The position numbers were made by a program, and so were the translations under genes. Below the pieces are notes generated by a model, which had not been told where the DNA came from, did no database searches, and saw only the letters and a program-made list of their open reading frames with translations. A stretch of 64,000 nt of DNA from Candidatus Tayloriibacteriota bacterium (lineage in GTDB: Bacteria; Patescibacteriota; Minisyncoccia; Phycocordibacterales; UBA6065): positions 124,898-188,897 of the forward strand of contig JACRJQ010000008.1 of assembly GCA_016215405.1 (NCBI GenBank). Reading direction: 5' to 3'. Below are positions 37,753 to 46,725 of this stretch, in pieces (positions within the stretch are counted from its first letter, which is position 1; each line of letters starts with the position of its first letter).

Positions 37753-39879
37753 CTATCTCGTCTCCGGTTTCTTGAAGAATATCGGGTCCGCCGATCTTAT
37801 GGAGAGATTCACCCTGCCTTTCTCGTCTATCTCTTTCACTACGACCGGGACCATCATTCCTGGCTTTACGAGGTCGGACGCCTTCTCTACGCGCCACGGC
37901 GCGAGCTCGGAGACATGCACGAGGCCTTCGGCAGTCTTCGAGATGCGAACGAACGCGCCGAAGTCGAGCACTCGGGTGACCTCGCCGTCGAGCCTGTCGC
38001 CAGGCTTATATTCCCGAGTCATGTCTTCGATGATTGCCCTCGCCTTATCCGAGCTGCCGTTCTTTCCCGTGATGAACACCGTGCCGTCGTCCTCGATGTC
38101 TATCTCGGCTTTGGTCGCGGCCTTTATCTCGTTTATGGTCTTTCCTCCGGATCCTATGACGAGCCCGATCTGATCGGGCTTTATCCTGATGACGAGTATC
38201 TCAGGCGCGTGAGAGGAGAGCTTCTCGCGAGGCTTAGAAATCTCCTTCTCTATGACGTCGAGGACCTTGAGCCTCGCGGCTCTAGCCTTTTCGAGTGCTT
38301 CTTCCAGGATATCGATCGGAACGCCCGCGACCTTAACGTCCATCTGCACCGCGGTGACTCCCGACCTCGAGCCTGCGACCTTGAAATCCATGTCTCCATG
38401 ATGGTCTTCGGGTCCCTGGATGTCGGTGAGTATCTCGTATTCGAGCTTTTTTCCGCCGAAGAGCTTCTTGCCCTCCCTCATCATGAGCCCCATCGCCATT
38501 CCCGCGACGGGCGCCTTGATGGGAACGCCCGCATCGAGAAGGGCGAGCGTCGATCCGCAGACGGACGCCATCGAGGTCGAGCCGTTCGAGGCCAGCGCCT
38601 CGGAGACTATCCGGATCGTATAAGGGAAATCCTCTTTCGGAGGGATGACCGGCAGGAGGGCTTTTTCGGCGAGGGCTCCGTGACCTATCATGCGGCGGTT
38701 CGTGGATCCTACGCGCCCTGTCTCGCCTGTCGAGAACGGCGGGAAGTTATAGTGGTGCATGTATCTCTTCTGCTCTTCGCCTTCCATGCCGTCGATAAGC
38801 TGCGTGTCCTGGGGGCCGCCGAGAGTGAGAGCCGAGAGGACGTGCGTCCCGCCGCGATAGAAGATGCCGGAGCCGTGGAGCATGTTCGAGACTCCGCCAG
38901 CCTGCGCGTAGAGAGGGCGTATCTCGTCCATCGCTCTGCCGTCGGAGCGGCGCTTGCCGTCGATTGCTTCATCGTGCACGAGGTCGCTTATCCTCGAGTC
39001 GAGATAGCCTGGCGCGAGCCTCTCTTTGCCGGGGAGCCTCTCTTTTACGAGCGCTTCCCATGTCCGGCCGAGCTCTTCGAGAGCGCCCTTGCCTCGCTTG
39101 CCCATCACCGCCTCCGCGAGCCTGGGCGCTATGTTCGCATCGAAGAGGGAGACAAGCTCCGCGGGCGTCTCTACGATGTCGACTGGCGCTTTTTCCTTTC
39201 CCCTCTCGGCGATTATCTTCTCTTGGAAGCTTTGTATCGCTTCGATCTCTTTCGACGCGGCCTTCAGGGCTTTCGAAAGGGTCTCTTCCTTCGCTTCGCG
39301 CGAAGCGACCTCTATCATGTTTATGAGCCCGTCTTTTCCGCACGCAAGCAGTTCGAGCTCGGCTTCGCCGTCCTCATCCCACGAAGGATTCACGGCTAAC
39401 CCCTTCTCGCCCTTCCTTATCCCTATCTTTACGGACGAGACCGGGCCGTTCCATGGAATCTGCGAAACTCCGAGCGCGAGGGATGCGGCGATGACTCCTA
39501 TCGAGTTAGGGTCGCCCTTTCCGAGGGATATCGCCGTGATGACGATCTGGACCTCATTGCGCATCCTCTGGTCGAAGAGCGGGCGGATCGTTCGGTCGAC
39601 GATGCGCCCTGAGAGGATCGCTTCGTCCGAGGGCCGGCCTTCCCTGCGCACGAATCTGGATCCGCCGATCTTGCCGCCGGCATAGAACCTCTCTTCGAAG
39701 TCCACGGTGAGCGGAAAGAAGTCTCCGTCCTTCTTGCCCTTCGACATGACAGCCGTCGCGAGGAGCGCGGTGTCGTCGTACGAGACGAGGACCGAGCCAT
39801 GGGCTTGGTCCGCGAGGTCGGAGAAGGTAGCCTTGAGAGCTCTGCCGCCGACGTCGATCGAATATTCCTTTTTCTGCAT
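37753..39879 (-). CDS. pnp: Polyribonucleotide nucleotidyltransferase
   Basis: FFPLTVD, RREGRP, HHYNFPPFSTGE, SNGSTSMAS, GDMDFKVAG, KH and S1 domains. Confidence 0.97.
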   Translation of the reverse strand: MQKKEYSIDVGGRALKATFSDLADQAHGSVLVSYDDTALLATAVMSKGKKDGDFFPLTVDFEERFYAGGKIGGSRFVRREGRPSDEAILSGRIVDRTIRPLFDQRMRNEVQIVITAISLGKGDPNSIGVIAASLALGVSQIPWNGPVSSVKIGIRKGEKGLAVNPSWDEDGEAELELLACGKDGLINMIEVASREAKEETLSKALKAASKEIEAIQSFQEKIIAERGKEKAPVDIVETPAELVSLFDANIAPRLAEAVMGKRGKGALEELGRTWEALVKERLPGKERLAPGYLDSRISDLVHDEAIDGKRRSDGRAMDEIRPLYAQAGGVSNMLHGSGIFYRGGTHVLSALTLGGPQDTQLIDGMEGEEQKRYMHHYNFPPFSTGETGRVGSTNRRMIGHGALAEKALLPVIPPKEDFPYTIRIVSEALASNGSTSMASVCGSTLALLDAGVPIKAPVAGMAMGLMMREGKKLFGGKKLEYEILTDIQGPEDHHGDMDFKVAGSRSGVTAVQMDVKVAGVPIDILEEALEKARAARLKVLDVIEKEISKPREKLSSHAPEILVIRIKPDQIGLVIGSGGKTINEIKAATKAEIDIEDDGTVFITGKNGSSDKARAIIEDMTREYKPGDRLDGEVTRVLDFGAFVRISKTAEGLVHVSELAPWRVEKASDLVKPGMMVPVVVKEIDEKGRVNLSIRSADPIFFKKPETR

Positions 39880-39986
39880 AGTGCGAAAGACCGTAGGATT
39901 TTAGGCCTCAAATCTTTTTTGAGATCTACCTATCCGACGGCCTGATTAAGGCTGGTAACGGCTCTATTGTATCAAATCCAGAGACG

Positions 39987-40015
39987 AAGAAGCGCCGGCC
40001 TTTCGGCCGGCGCTC
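39987..40015 (-). terminator. Terminator-like hairpin after the NYN gene
   Basis: AGCGCCGGCC TTTC GGCCGGCGCT. Confidence 0.55.
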
Positions 40016-40020
40016 CATTC

Positions 40021-40653
40021 TTATCTGAGCTTTCGGATGACCTTTCTCATGCCTCCGACCCTTCCGTCGTCCCCGCCCCTGTTCTGCTCTTGGGGATTCT
40101 GACCCTGAGGCTTGCGGCGCTCGGGCTGGTCTCTCCTGCCGCCCCCATAGGCGCCGAGGACGTATCGGCGGGGGTCTGAATCGAGGTCGATGAAATCGTC
40201 CGCGACCTCTTTGAGCTTACCTGACGCCGATTTGCCGAAGGTTATGACTTCGACCTGGCATCCCTGCATCTTGAGATACTCGACTAGGGGAATGAAATCG
40301 CCGTCGCCCGAGGCGAGGACGACCACGTCGAGCTTGGAGGCGAGCTTTACCGCGTCTATCGCGAGCCCTACGTCCCAGTCCGCCTTCTTTGATCCAGACG
40401 AGAATATCTGGAGGTCTTTGGTCTTGGTCTCGATGCCCATCTTGTTGAGGGCGTCGAAGAATCCCGATTCCTCGCCCGTCTCCGTCGTTATGACGTAGGC
40501 GATGGCGCGGACGAGCTGGCGCCCCGAGAGCGCGTCCGTAAGGACGTTCTCGAAATTGACGCGGCCGTGATGCAGGTTCTTTGCTGAATGATAGAGGTTC
40601 TGCGCGTCGAGGAATACTCCTACGCGCTGCTCCTTGTGTTTTATGACTGACAT
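40021..40653 (-). CDS. NYN domain (LabA/DUF88 PIN-fold) protein
   Basis: FLDAQN, KKADWDVGLAID, SGDGDF, L..VADDFIDL. Confidence 0.9.
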   Translation of the reverse strand: MSVIKHKEQRVGVFLDAQNLYHSAKNLHHGRVNFENVLTDALSGRQLVRAIAYVITTETGEESGFFDALNKMGIETKTKDLQIFSSGSKKADWDVGLAIDAVKLASKLDVVVLASGDGDFIPLVEYLKMQGCQVEVITFGKSASGKLKEVADDFIDLDSDPRRYVLGAYGGGRRDQPERRKPQGQNPQEQNRGGDDGRVGGMRKVIRKLR

Positions 40654-40797
40654 ATGTGTTCTTGGCCGGAGGCGGGCGATCGATTCGCGGCTTCCGGCGT
40701 TTATTACGAAAATAATACCGACTCTTTATAAAATATCCCTTGAGTCAAGGATACCATGCGACAAACGAAGAGTCCGCCCTAAGGCGGACCATCGTGA

Positions 40798-41064
40798 CTA
40801 CTTCTTGAGCTCGAGCTTCTTCGTTATCTCGGAGTACCTCTTAGGGTGTTTCTTCTCGAGATACTTCAGATGGGTCTGCCTGTCGGCGACCATGGCGAGG
40901 AGTCCCCTGCGGGAATGCCTATCCTTGTCGTGCTTCTTGAGGTGCTTTGCGAGCTCCTCGATCTTAGAGGTGAGGAGAGCGATCTGGACCTCCGGAGAAC
41001 CGGTGTCGGTCGCATGAACGCCTACGCTCTTAATCACTTTGGTTTTCTTTGTCGTTGAAAGCAT
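40798..41064 (-). CDS. rpsO: 30S ribosomal protein uS15
   Basis: DTGSPEVQIALLT, HDKDRHSRRGLL; start MLSTTKK. Confidence 0.97.
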   Translation of the reverse strand: MLSTTKKTKVIKSVGVHATDTGSPEVQIALLTSKIEELAKHLKKHDKDRHSRRGLLAMVADRQTHLKYLEKKHPKRYSEITKKLELKK

Positions 41065-41187
41065 GGTCTTAGGAGGATAGCACATATATTTTAAAAATGC
41101 AAGGCTTTTAGCCCTCGTTTGGCGGCGAGGGCCTCTTTGAAGGGGTTTTGGTATAATATTGTGCGACACGCGCGGTCATATAGAACC

Positions 41188-42138
41188 ATGGCATCACTTA
41201 AAGAATTAAAGACCCGGTTCCTCGAATATACGGAGATAGAAAAGGGTCGCAGCCTCAATACCGTACAGAACTACGACCGCTATCTCACCCGTTTTCTAGG
41301 TTTTTTAAAGAAGGATTCCCCTTCTGACATCACCGACGCTTCGGTGCGCGATTTTCGCCTGTGGCTTAACCGCCAGTCGACCGGCAACAATAAAAAGACC
41401 GGCGAGACGTTAAAGAAAAAGACGCAGAACTACTACCTTATCGCTTTGCGCGCGTTCCTCAAGTACCTCGCGCGGCAGAATGTAAAATCACTCGCGCCCG
41501 AGCGTATCGAGCTCGCGAAAGTCGGCGAGCGGCACATCGAGTTTATGAACAACGACGAGCTTCATCGCCTCCTGGAGGCGCCGAAAGTCCTAGGGGAGGC
41601 CAAGGATAAGGGCTCTGGCCTTAAGGTCTTGCGCGATTACGCGATCTTGCAGCTCCTTTTCTCGACAGGGCTTCGCGTCTCCGAGCTCTGCTCCCTTTCG
41701 CGCGACATCGACCTTTCGGCGGAGGAAGTGTCTATCCGCGGCAAGGGTGACAAGGTTCGCGTCGTGTTCCTTTCAGACGAGGCGCGCTCGGCGGTCAAAG
41801 CCTATCTCGACAAGCGAGACGACATGGATGACGCTCTCTTTGTGAAAGTCGCGGTGGAGAAGCGCGCGAACGGCGGGTCGGCGCCCTTAACCCGCCGCTC
41901 GGTCGAGAGGATCGTCAAATTCTATGCGGGCAAGGCGGGCATCATGTCGAAGAAGGTAACGCCTCACGTCATACGGCATTCTTTCGCGACCGACCTCCTT
42001 TCAAACGGCGCCGACTTACGCTCGGTCCAGGCTCTGTTAGGCCATGCCAATATCGGCACCACCCAGATCTATACTCACGTGACAGACAAACACCTGCGTA
42101 ATATCCACAAGCAGTTTCACAATCGACGTAAAAATTGA
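41188..42138 (+). CDS. xerC: Tyrosine recombinase XerC/XerD-like
   Basis: TGLRVSEL, GKGDKVR, TPHVIRHSFATDLL, LGHANIGTTQIYTH. Confidence 0.88.
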   Translation: MASLKELKTRFLEYTEIEKGRSLNTVQNYDRYLTRFLGFLKKDSPSDITDASVRDFRLWLNRQSTGNNKKTGETLKKKTQNYYLIALRAFLKYLARQNVKSLAPERIELAKVGERHIEFMNNDELHRLLEAPKVLGEAKDKGSGLKVLRDYAILQLLFSTGLRVSELCSLSRDIDLSAEEVSIRGKGDKVRVVFLSDEARSAVKAYLDKRDDMDDALFVKVAVEKRANGGSAPLTRRSVERIVKFYAGKAGIMSKKVTPHVIRHSFATDLLSNGADLRSVQALLGHANIGTTQIYTHVTDKHLRNIHKQFHNRRKN

Positions 42139-42213
42139 TCCGTCCGAAGCGGACGATCTTTATCGTCCCGGACTACGATTCGGTGGTTGGTCGGGTGTGG
42201 TATCCTGGTTTTT

Positions 42214-43011
42214 ATGAAGATAATGTCGTGGAACGTGAACGGCATCCGCGCCGTCCTTAAAAAGGGCGAGCTTATGCCGTTCATAGAGAAGCACTCTCCC
42301 GATATCCTCTGTCTTCAAGAGACGAAGGCGTCGAGAGACCAAGTCGAGATCGACCTTGTAGGCTATGAGGAGTATTGGAACTCAGCCGAGAAGAAAGGCT
42401 ACTCAGGCACCGCGATATTCACCAAGACAAAGCCGCTATCGGTCATTCACGGCATCCCTGACGAGATAGCCGAAAAGCACGGCCTGGGATCGGATGATTA
42501 TGGCGATCCGAGGACCGAAGGCCGCGTTTTAACGGCCGAATATAAGGACTTTTACGTAGTCACGGTATATACCCCGAACGCCAAAGACGACCTCACCCGC
42601 ATACCTCTCCGTCACAAGCAGTGGGATCCGGCGTTCCTCGCTTATTTGAAAACGCTCGAAGAGAAAAAGCCCGTCATATTCTGCGGAGATCTAAACGTCG
42701 CTCACACTCCCGACGATCTCGCACGGCCGAAAGAGAACGTCGGATTGAAAGGGTTTACCGCCGAGGAGCGCGAAGGGTTCGAGAGCTTCATCAAAGCCGG
42801 ATTCGTCGACACGTTCCGGCTGTTCCATAAAGGGAATGGATTCTATACCTGGTGGTCACATTTCGCGAACGCTCGCGCGCGTAACGTCGGCTGGAGGATC
42901 GATTACGTTTTGGTATCTGAAAAGCTCGCGAATAAAGTAAAGAAAGCAGAGATCCATCCTGAGGTTACGGGCTCGGATCATTGCCCTGTCTCCATAGAGA
43001 TAAGCCTATAA
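42214..43011 (+). CDS. xth: Exodeoxyribonuclease III
   Basis: SWNVNGIRA, LQETK, GYSGTA, GDLNVAH, GWRIDY, GSDHCP. Confidence 0.96.
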   Translation: MKIMSWNVNGIRAVLKKGELMPFIEKHSPDILCLQETKASRDQVEIDLVGYEEYWNSAEKKGYSGTAIFTKTKPLSVIHGIPDEIAEKHGLGSDDYGDPRTEGRVLTAEYKDFYVVTVYTPNAKDDLTRIPLRHKQWDPAFLAYLKTLEEKKPVIFCGDLNVAHTPDDLARPKENVGLKGFTAEEREGFESFIKAGFVDTFRLFHKGNGFYTWWSHFANARARNVGWRIDYVLVSEKLANKVKKAEIHPEVTGSDHCPVSIEISL

Positions 43012-43102
43012 ACGTAGAATACAATAGTCCCCATTATAGCGAGGCGAATCAGAGCCGTTTGACGATGTCCTTTATAAGAGATAGTTATCCCCACGTATGT
43101 CC

Positions 43103-43130
43103 TTTACATGTCCTTTAGTGCTGCTACAAT
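43103..43130 (+). promoter_or_regulatory. Sigma70-type promoter for a non-coding transcript
   Basis: TTTACA 43103-08, 16-nt spacer, TG-C-TACAAT 43122-30. Confidence 0.55.
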
Positions 43131-43136
43131 ATCTTA

Positions 43137-43495
43137 CGTGAGTCGCCGAGATTAATTTTTCGGGAGGGCTCATGAAGTTCCTTCACATAGTCGGTAGTCG
43201 TAAGGTTTGGTCTAAATTGCTTTGTCGGTTCGGTTGATGCTCGGCAATGTGCGCTTGAAGATGTTTCGAACGCAGATTGTCGGGTGTCATTCGGATCTAT
43301 AAGCAACAATCTAGAGCTTGAGCAATTCTTTGCTCGCTCAAAATCTGAAATGACAGCTCCGACGAGCGCAGATGACGCCTCCATTCAAAAGGCGACATTA
43401 TACAATTTTGCGCGCTTCCCTTATGGAATCGCGCCCTCTGCACTCATCAAGCGGCCATTTTAGGAACCGCTAGGAAATCCCTGGCGGTTTTCTTA
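43137..43495 (+). ncRNA. Putative ~350-nt structured ncRNA of unknown class
   Basis: Nested stems GCCGAG/CTCGGC, TGCGCT/AGCGCA, GTCGG/CCGAC, TGTCATT/AATGACA; promoter and terminator (AACCGCTAGG/CCTGGCGGTTTT); no convincing ORF. Confidence 0.45.
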
Positions 43496-43553
43496 TTCCT
43501 GGATGTCGGTTCAGAAAGTTAAAACATGGCTCAGTTGAGCCATGTTTTCTATC

Positions 43554-45047
43554 CTATTTCACCTTATGTTTGTTGCGTATCTTGGCGAGCTCCTCTTCTT
43601 CCGCTTTCATTTTCTTCTCTTTCCCTACCGCCGCGAGCTTGCTTAGCGTGGGCAGATCAAGCTCGTTGAGCTCCTTTGTCCTCGTCGAGAGATACTCGTC
43701 GGTGTTTTTCTTCGGATCGTCGAGCACTTCTTCCATAAGGGCGTTAAGGATGAGCCCGACCTTAGGTCCCGGCGCCATCTTCCCTATCTCCATGACCTTC
43801 TTGCCGTCGATCTTGAGCATGCCTACCGATATTGGGTCGCGCAGAGCCTCTTCGACCATGGCTTTGTACTTGCGGAGCCGATACGGATTCTCCTTAGGCC
43901 TTCCCGTGCCTATCCTGTCGCAGATTCTGACGTTCATGAGGTCCCAGATCCGCTCTTTTCCAACGTTCGCTATCATGCGGCGTACCGCAGAAAGGGTTAT
44001 CTGTTCGGTATCTGAGAAGAACATGTGCCAGCGGACCAGTTTTACCACATAGTCGACCGTTTCACGTGAAAAATTGAGGTTTTTGAGTATCTTTTCGGTC
44101 ATTTTCGCCCCCACGACTTCGTGGCCATAGAACGTATACTTCGTTTCACGGGAAACCCTCCTTGTACGTGGCTTGCCGATATCGTGAAAAAGAGCCGCGA
44201 TCCTTATCTCCAAAGGATATTTCTTGTCTGCTGCATGTTGTACCGTTCTTAGGAGATGTTCCCAGACGTCGTAGGCATGAGCCATATTTTGCTCAATATC
44301 GTAGGATTCCTCGAGCTCTTTCGCTATATAAGGAATAACTCCCAATTCCCTGCTCATTATCAAGGCGTTCATGGGCACATCTGACATAAGGATACGCACG
44401 AATTCCTCGCGGATGCGCTCTTTCGCTATATGGCCCAGGAGGTTTGCGTGCGTTTTGAGGGCTTCTAAGGTTCCCTTTTCTATCCCAAACCCGAGTTCAG
44501 CGGATATTCGAATGGCCCTCATTATGCGCAGGGCGTCTTCCGATAGGCGATCATGAGGGTTGCCGACAGTCCTAATAAGGCCATTTTTAAGGTCCTTTTG
44601 GCCATCGAACATATCGGTTATGCTTCCTGTGAAACTGTCGGTCTCCCCTTTCCTCTCGATTTTGAGGGCAAGGGCGTTTATTGTGAAATCCCGGCGTTTG
44701 AGGTCGTCTTCAAGCTTCTTGCTGAAAGTCACGCTATCGGGTCGTCTCTTGTCGGTATAGCCCGATTCAAGCCTAAAAGGCGTCACCTCGATGACTTTTA
44801 GCCTGGGACTTGAGGCGTCCTCAGAGACGACGCCTACTGTGCCGTAATCGTTCTCATAGAACGTATGTTCGAAGGTCTTTACGATCTCCTCCGGAGACGC
44901 GTCGGTCGCAACATCCCAATCTTTCGGTTCGCGGCCGATGAGTAGGTCTCGGACGCAGCCGCCAACGAGATATGCCTGAAATCCAGATTTCTCCAGACCC
45001 TCTGTTACGTGTGAAACCTCTTTCGGGATCTTAAATGAATTTTTCAT
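43554..45047 (-). CDS. cca: CCA tRNA nucleotidyltransferase with HD domain
   Basis: YLVGGCVRD, DWDVAT, DLKRRDFTINA, EDALRIMRA, ERIREE, HDIGK; start at MKNSF. Confidence 0.92.
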   Translation of the reverse strand: MKNSFKIPKEVSHVTEGLEKSGFQAYLVGGCVRDLLIGREPKDWDVATDASPEEIVKTFEHTFYENDYGTVGVVSEDASSPRLKVIEVTPFRLESGYTDKRRPDSVTFSKKLEDDLKRRDFTINALALKIERKGETDSFTGSITDMFDGQKDLKNGLIRTVGNPHDRLSEDALRIMRAIRISAELGFGIEKGTLEALKTHANLLGHIAKERIREEFVRILMSDVPMNALIMSRELGVIPYIAKELEESYDIEQNMAHAYDVWEHLLRTVQHAADKKYPLEIRIAALFHDIGKPRTRRVSRETKYTFYGHEVVGAKMTEKILKNLNFSRETVDYVVKLVRWHMFFSDTEQITLSAVRRMIANVGKERIWDLMNVRICDRIGTGRPKENPYRLRKYKAMVEEALRDPISVGMLKIDGKKVMEIGKMAPGPKVGLILNALMEEVLDDPKKNTDEYLSTRTKELNELDLPTLSKLAAVGKEKKMKAEEEELAKIRNKHKVK

Positions 45048-45086
45048 TTTACCCTTATTATATAAGCCTTTTAGAGTGCTTTGCTG

Positions 45087-45158
45087 TGCTCCCGGAGGGA
45101 TTCGAACCCCCAACAACGGTTCCGAAGACCGGTATGATATCCATTTCACTACGGGAGC
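45087..45158 (-). tRNA. tRNA-Arg(UCG)
   Basis: GCTCCCG...CCGGT CTTCGGA ACCG...GGTTCGAATCC...CGGGAGC A; CCA not encoded. Confidence 0.9.
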
Positions 45159-45248
45159 AACAGGGTAATCATACGCGAAAAGGGCGATAAATCAAAAATA
45201 TCTGGGATATTTTGAATTTTCGATGGCTTGGTGTATATTGTTTTCATC

Positions 45249-45319
45249 GCGGGTATCGTTTAGTGGTAGGACACGTCCTTGCCAAGGATGAGGTGAGAGT
45301 TCGATTCTCTCTACCCGCA
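45249..45319 (+). tRNA. tRNA-Gly(GCC)
   Basis: GCGGGTA...CGTCC TTGCCAA GGATG...GTTCGATTC...TACCCGC A. Confidence 0.93.
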
Positions 45320-45484
45320 CAAATGAAAAGGCGCCTCAGGGCGCCTTTTCATTTGTGCGGGTAAGCCCTGCCTTTGACAGGACGTGGAAGAATCGAAGCC
45401 ACTCTCCTATGTTTCTGAGGATGTATCCATCCCGAGAAACAGGAGACGGGTACTGCCCACGTGAGGAACGATTCTCCCCATCTC
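45312..45484 (+). repeat. tRNA-Gly-appended structured element, copy 1
   Basis: 24-bp perfect inverted repeat overlapping the tRNA 3' end plus downstream motifs shared with copy 2. Confidence 0.65.
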
Positions 45485-45587
45485 AACAAAATCTTAAATG
45501 TCCTTTACGCTTTGAAACAATTTTCCCCTCCCTCTCGTATAAAGCATTTTCTAAAAAACGACTATATTTAAGGGTATTTTGCAAAAC

Positions 45588-45608
45588 TGTGGATAACTCT
45601 GTGGATTG
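45588..45608. promoter_or_regulatory. DnaA box pair outside oriC
   Basis: Perfect TGTGGATAA 45588-96 and TGTGGATTG 45600-08 in an AT-rich intergenic region. Confidence 0.55.
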
Positions 45609-45810
45609 TGTTTAAAAGACATGGTCTACGACCGAGTTGAGGGCCCTGTCTTTTGTCCTTGGTAGCGCTTCATAGAGCCTTATATTGACAGATTCTCGAT
45701 ATTAATCCAGAAGATAGGTGCTATGTTACATATGTAACATAATTTACTGTTTCATGTGAAATTTTAGTCGTTTTTATATTTATTTTAGGGTTATCAGGCA
45801 TACTTTCAGT

Positions 45811-46206
45811 GTGAAAATATTTACATCAGCAAATCAAAAGAGGGGTGAATTAGGCGAAAGTGTCGCGTGTAGGTTTCTGCTCGATCGAGGCTTTTCAGTC
45901 ATCGAGAGAAATTATACCCGTAAATGGGGAGAGATCGACATTATCGCTCTTCGTGGAGGAATGCTCCATTTTATAGAGGTAAAGAGCGTTTCACGTGAAA
46001 ATATCGATGATATTTCACATGAAACGGCTGGTTTAAGGCCAGAGGATCAAATGCATAGCCACAAACAAGGGAGACTGAAGAGGATGATAGAGACTTATAT
46101 CGCCGAACACAAAACGAACGCCTGGCAGTTCGATCTTTTGTGCGTCTATATAGACGAGAAATGCAAAAAGGCCAGAGTAAAGGTGATGGGGGACTTGGTG
46201 CTGTAG
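45811..46206 (+). CDS. yraN: YraN family (UPF0102) PD-(D/E)xK nuclease
   Basis: GELGESVA, IERNY, GEIDII, FIEVKS. Confidence 0.9.
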   Translation: MKIFTSANQKRGELGESVACRFLLDRGFSVIERNYTRKWGEIDIIALRGGMLHFIEVKSVSRENIDDISHETAGLRPEDQMHSHKQGRLKRMIETYIAEHKTNAWQFDLLCVYIDEKCKKARVKVMGDLVL

Positions 46207-46286
46207 CGACGTCGGGCCTAGCCTGTCTGTTTTCAGGTGATCTTTTAAATATATGAAAAACCGCCTTAAGGCGGTTTTTCATATTG

Positions 46287-46359
46287 TCGGGGCGCTGGGA
46301 TTCGAACCCAGAGTCACTTGATCCCAAGTCAAGCATGTTAGCCGTTACACCACGCCCCG
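46287..46359 (-). tRNA. tRNA-Pro(UGG)
   Basis: CGGGGCG...CTTGA CTTGGGA TCAAG...GGTTCGAATCC...CGCCCCG A; terminator 46250-46285 downstream. Confidence 0.93.
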
Positions 46360-46413
46360 TCTCGAAGTTTTGTCATGGTATCATGGCGCGGATATTTTTG
46401 CTATATTCTCCGC

Positions 46414-46725
46414 ATGTCTAAGAGATTCATCCGTACGATAGAGGACTTCGTCTGCGAGCGTTGCGGCAAGAAGGTTGAGGGAACTGGCTATACGAACCAC
46501 TGTCCAGCATGTCTGTGGTCGAAGCATGTAGACAAGAACCCGGGAGATAGACTCGAGGCCTGCGGGGGAATGATGGAGCCTTTTAGGGCGGAGAGAGAAG
46601 GGAAGAGGGACCTCATAGTATTTAAGTGCCTTAAATGCGGATTTCAAAGGAGGAACGAGCTATCGGCCAAAGACGATTTCGAAGCCTTCATCGCTATCAT
46701 GAAAAAGGCGTCCGCCGAAAGATAG
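46414..46725 (+). CDS. RNHCP-domain zinc-binding protein
   Basis: FVCERCG, YTNHCPACLWSKHVD, PGDR..CGGMM, C..CG. Confidence 0.88.
   Translation: MSKRFIRTIEDFVCERCGKKVEGTGYTNHCPACLWSKHVDKNPGDRLEACGGMMEPFRAEREGKRDLIVFKCLKCGFQRRNELSAKDDFEAFIAIMKKASAER

Larger units (their letters stand above)
44058..46026. promoter_or_regulatory. parS: Cluster of ~7 parS-like centromere sites
   Basis: Matches to TGTTTCACGTGAAACA at 44058-73, 44142-57, 45003-18, 45724-39, 45748-63, 45987-46002, 46011-26. Confidence 0.8.

Noticed and set aside
41188-42138. Prophage or island integrase
   Set aside because: XerC/D-like length and motifs, housekeeping neighbours, no att sites or phage genes
42136-42138. Alternative genetic code (UGA = Gly)
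   Set aside because: TGA ends xerC at the expected length, and conserved genes show no in-frame TGA
43124-43384. 86-aa minus-strand ORF
   Set aside because: No motifs and atypical composition; promoter, terminator and stems point to a plus-strand RNA
45047-45149. N-terminal extension of cca given in the ORF track (likewise ORFs 45971-46336 and 47221-47412)
   Set aside because: These run through tRNA genes; the real cca start is at 45047
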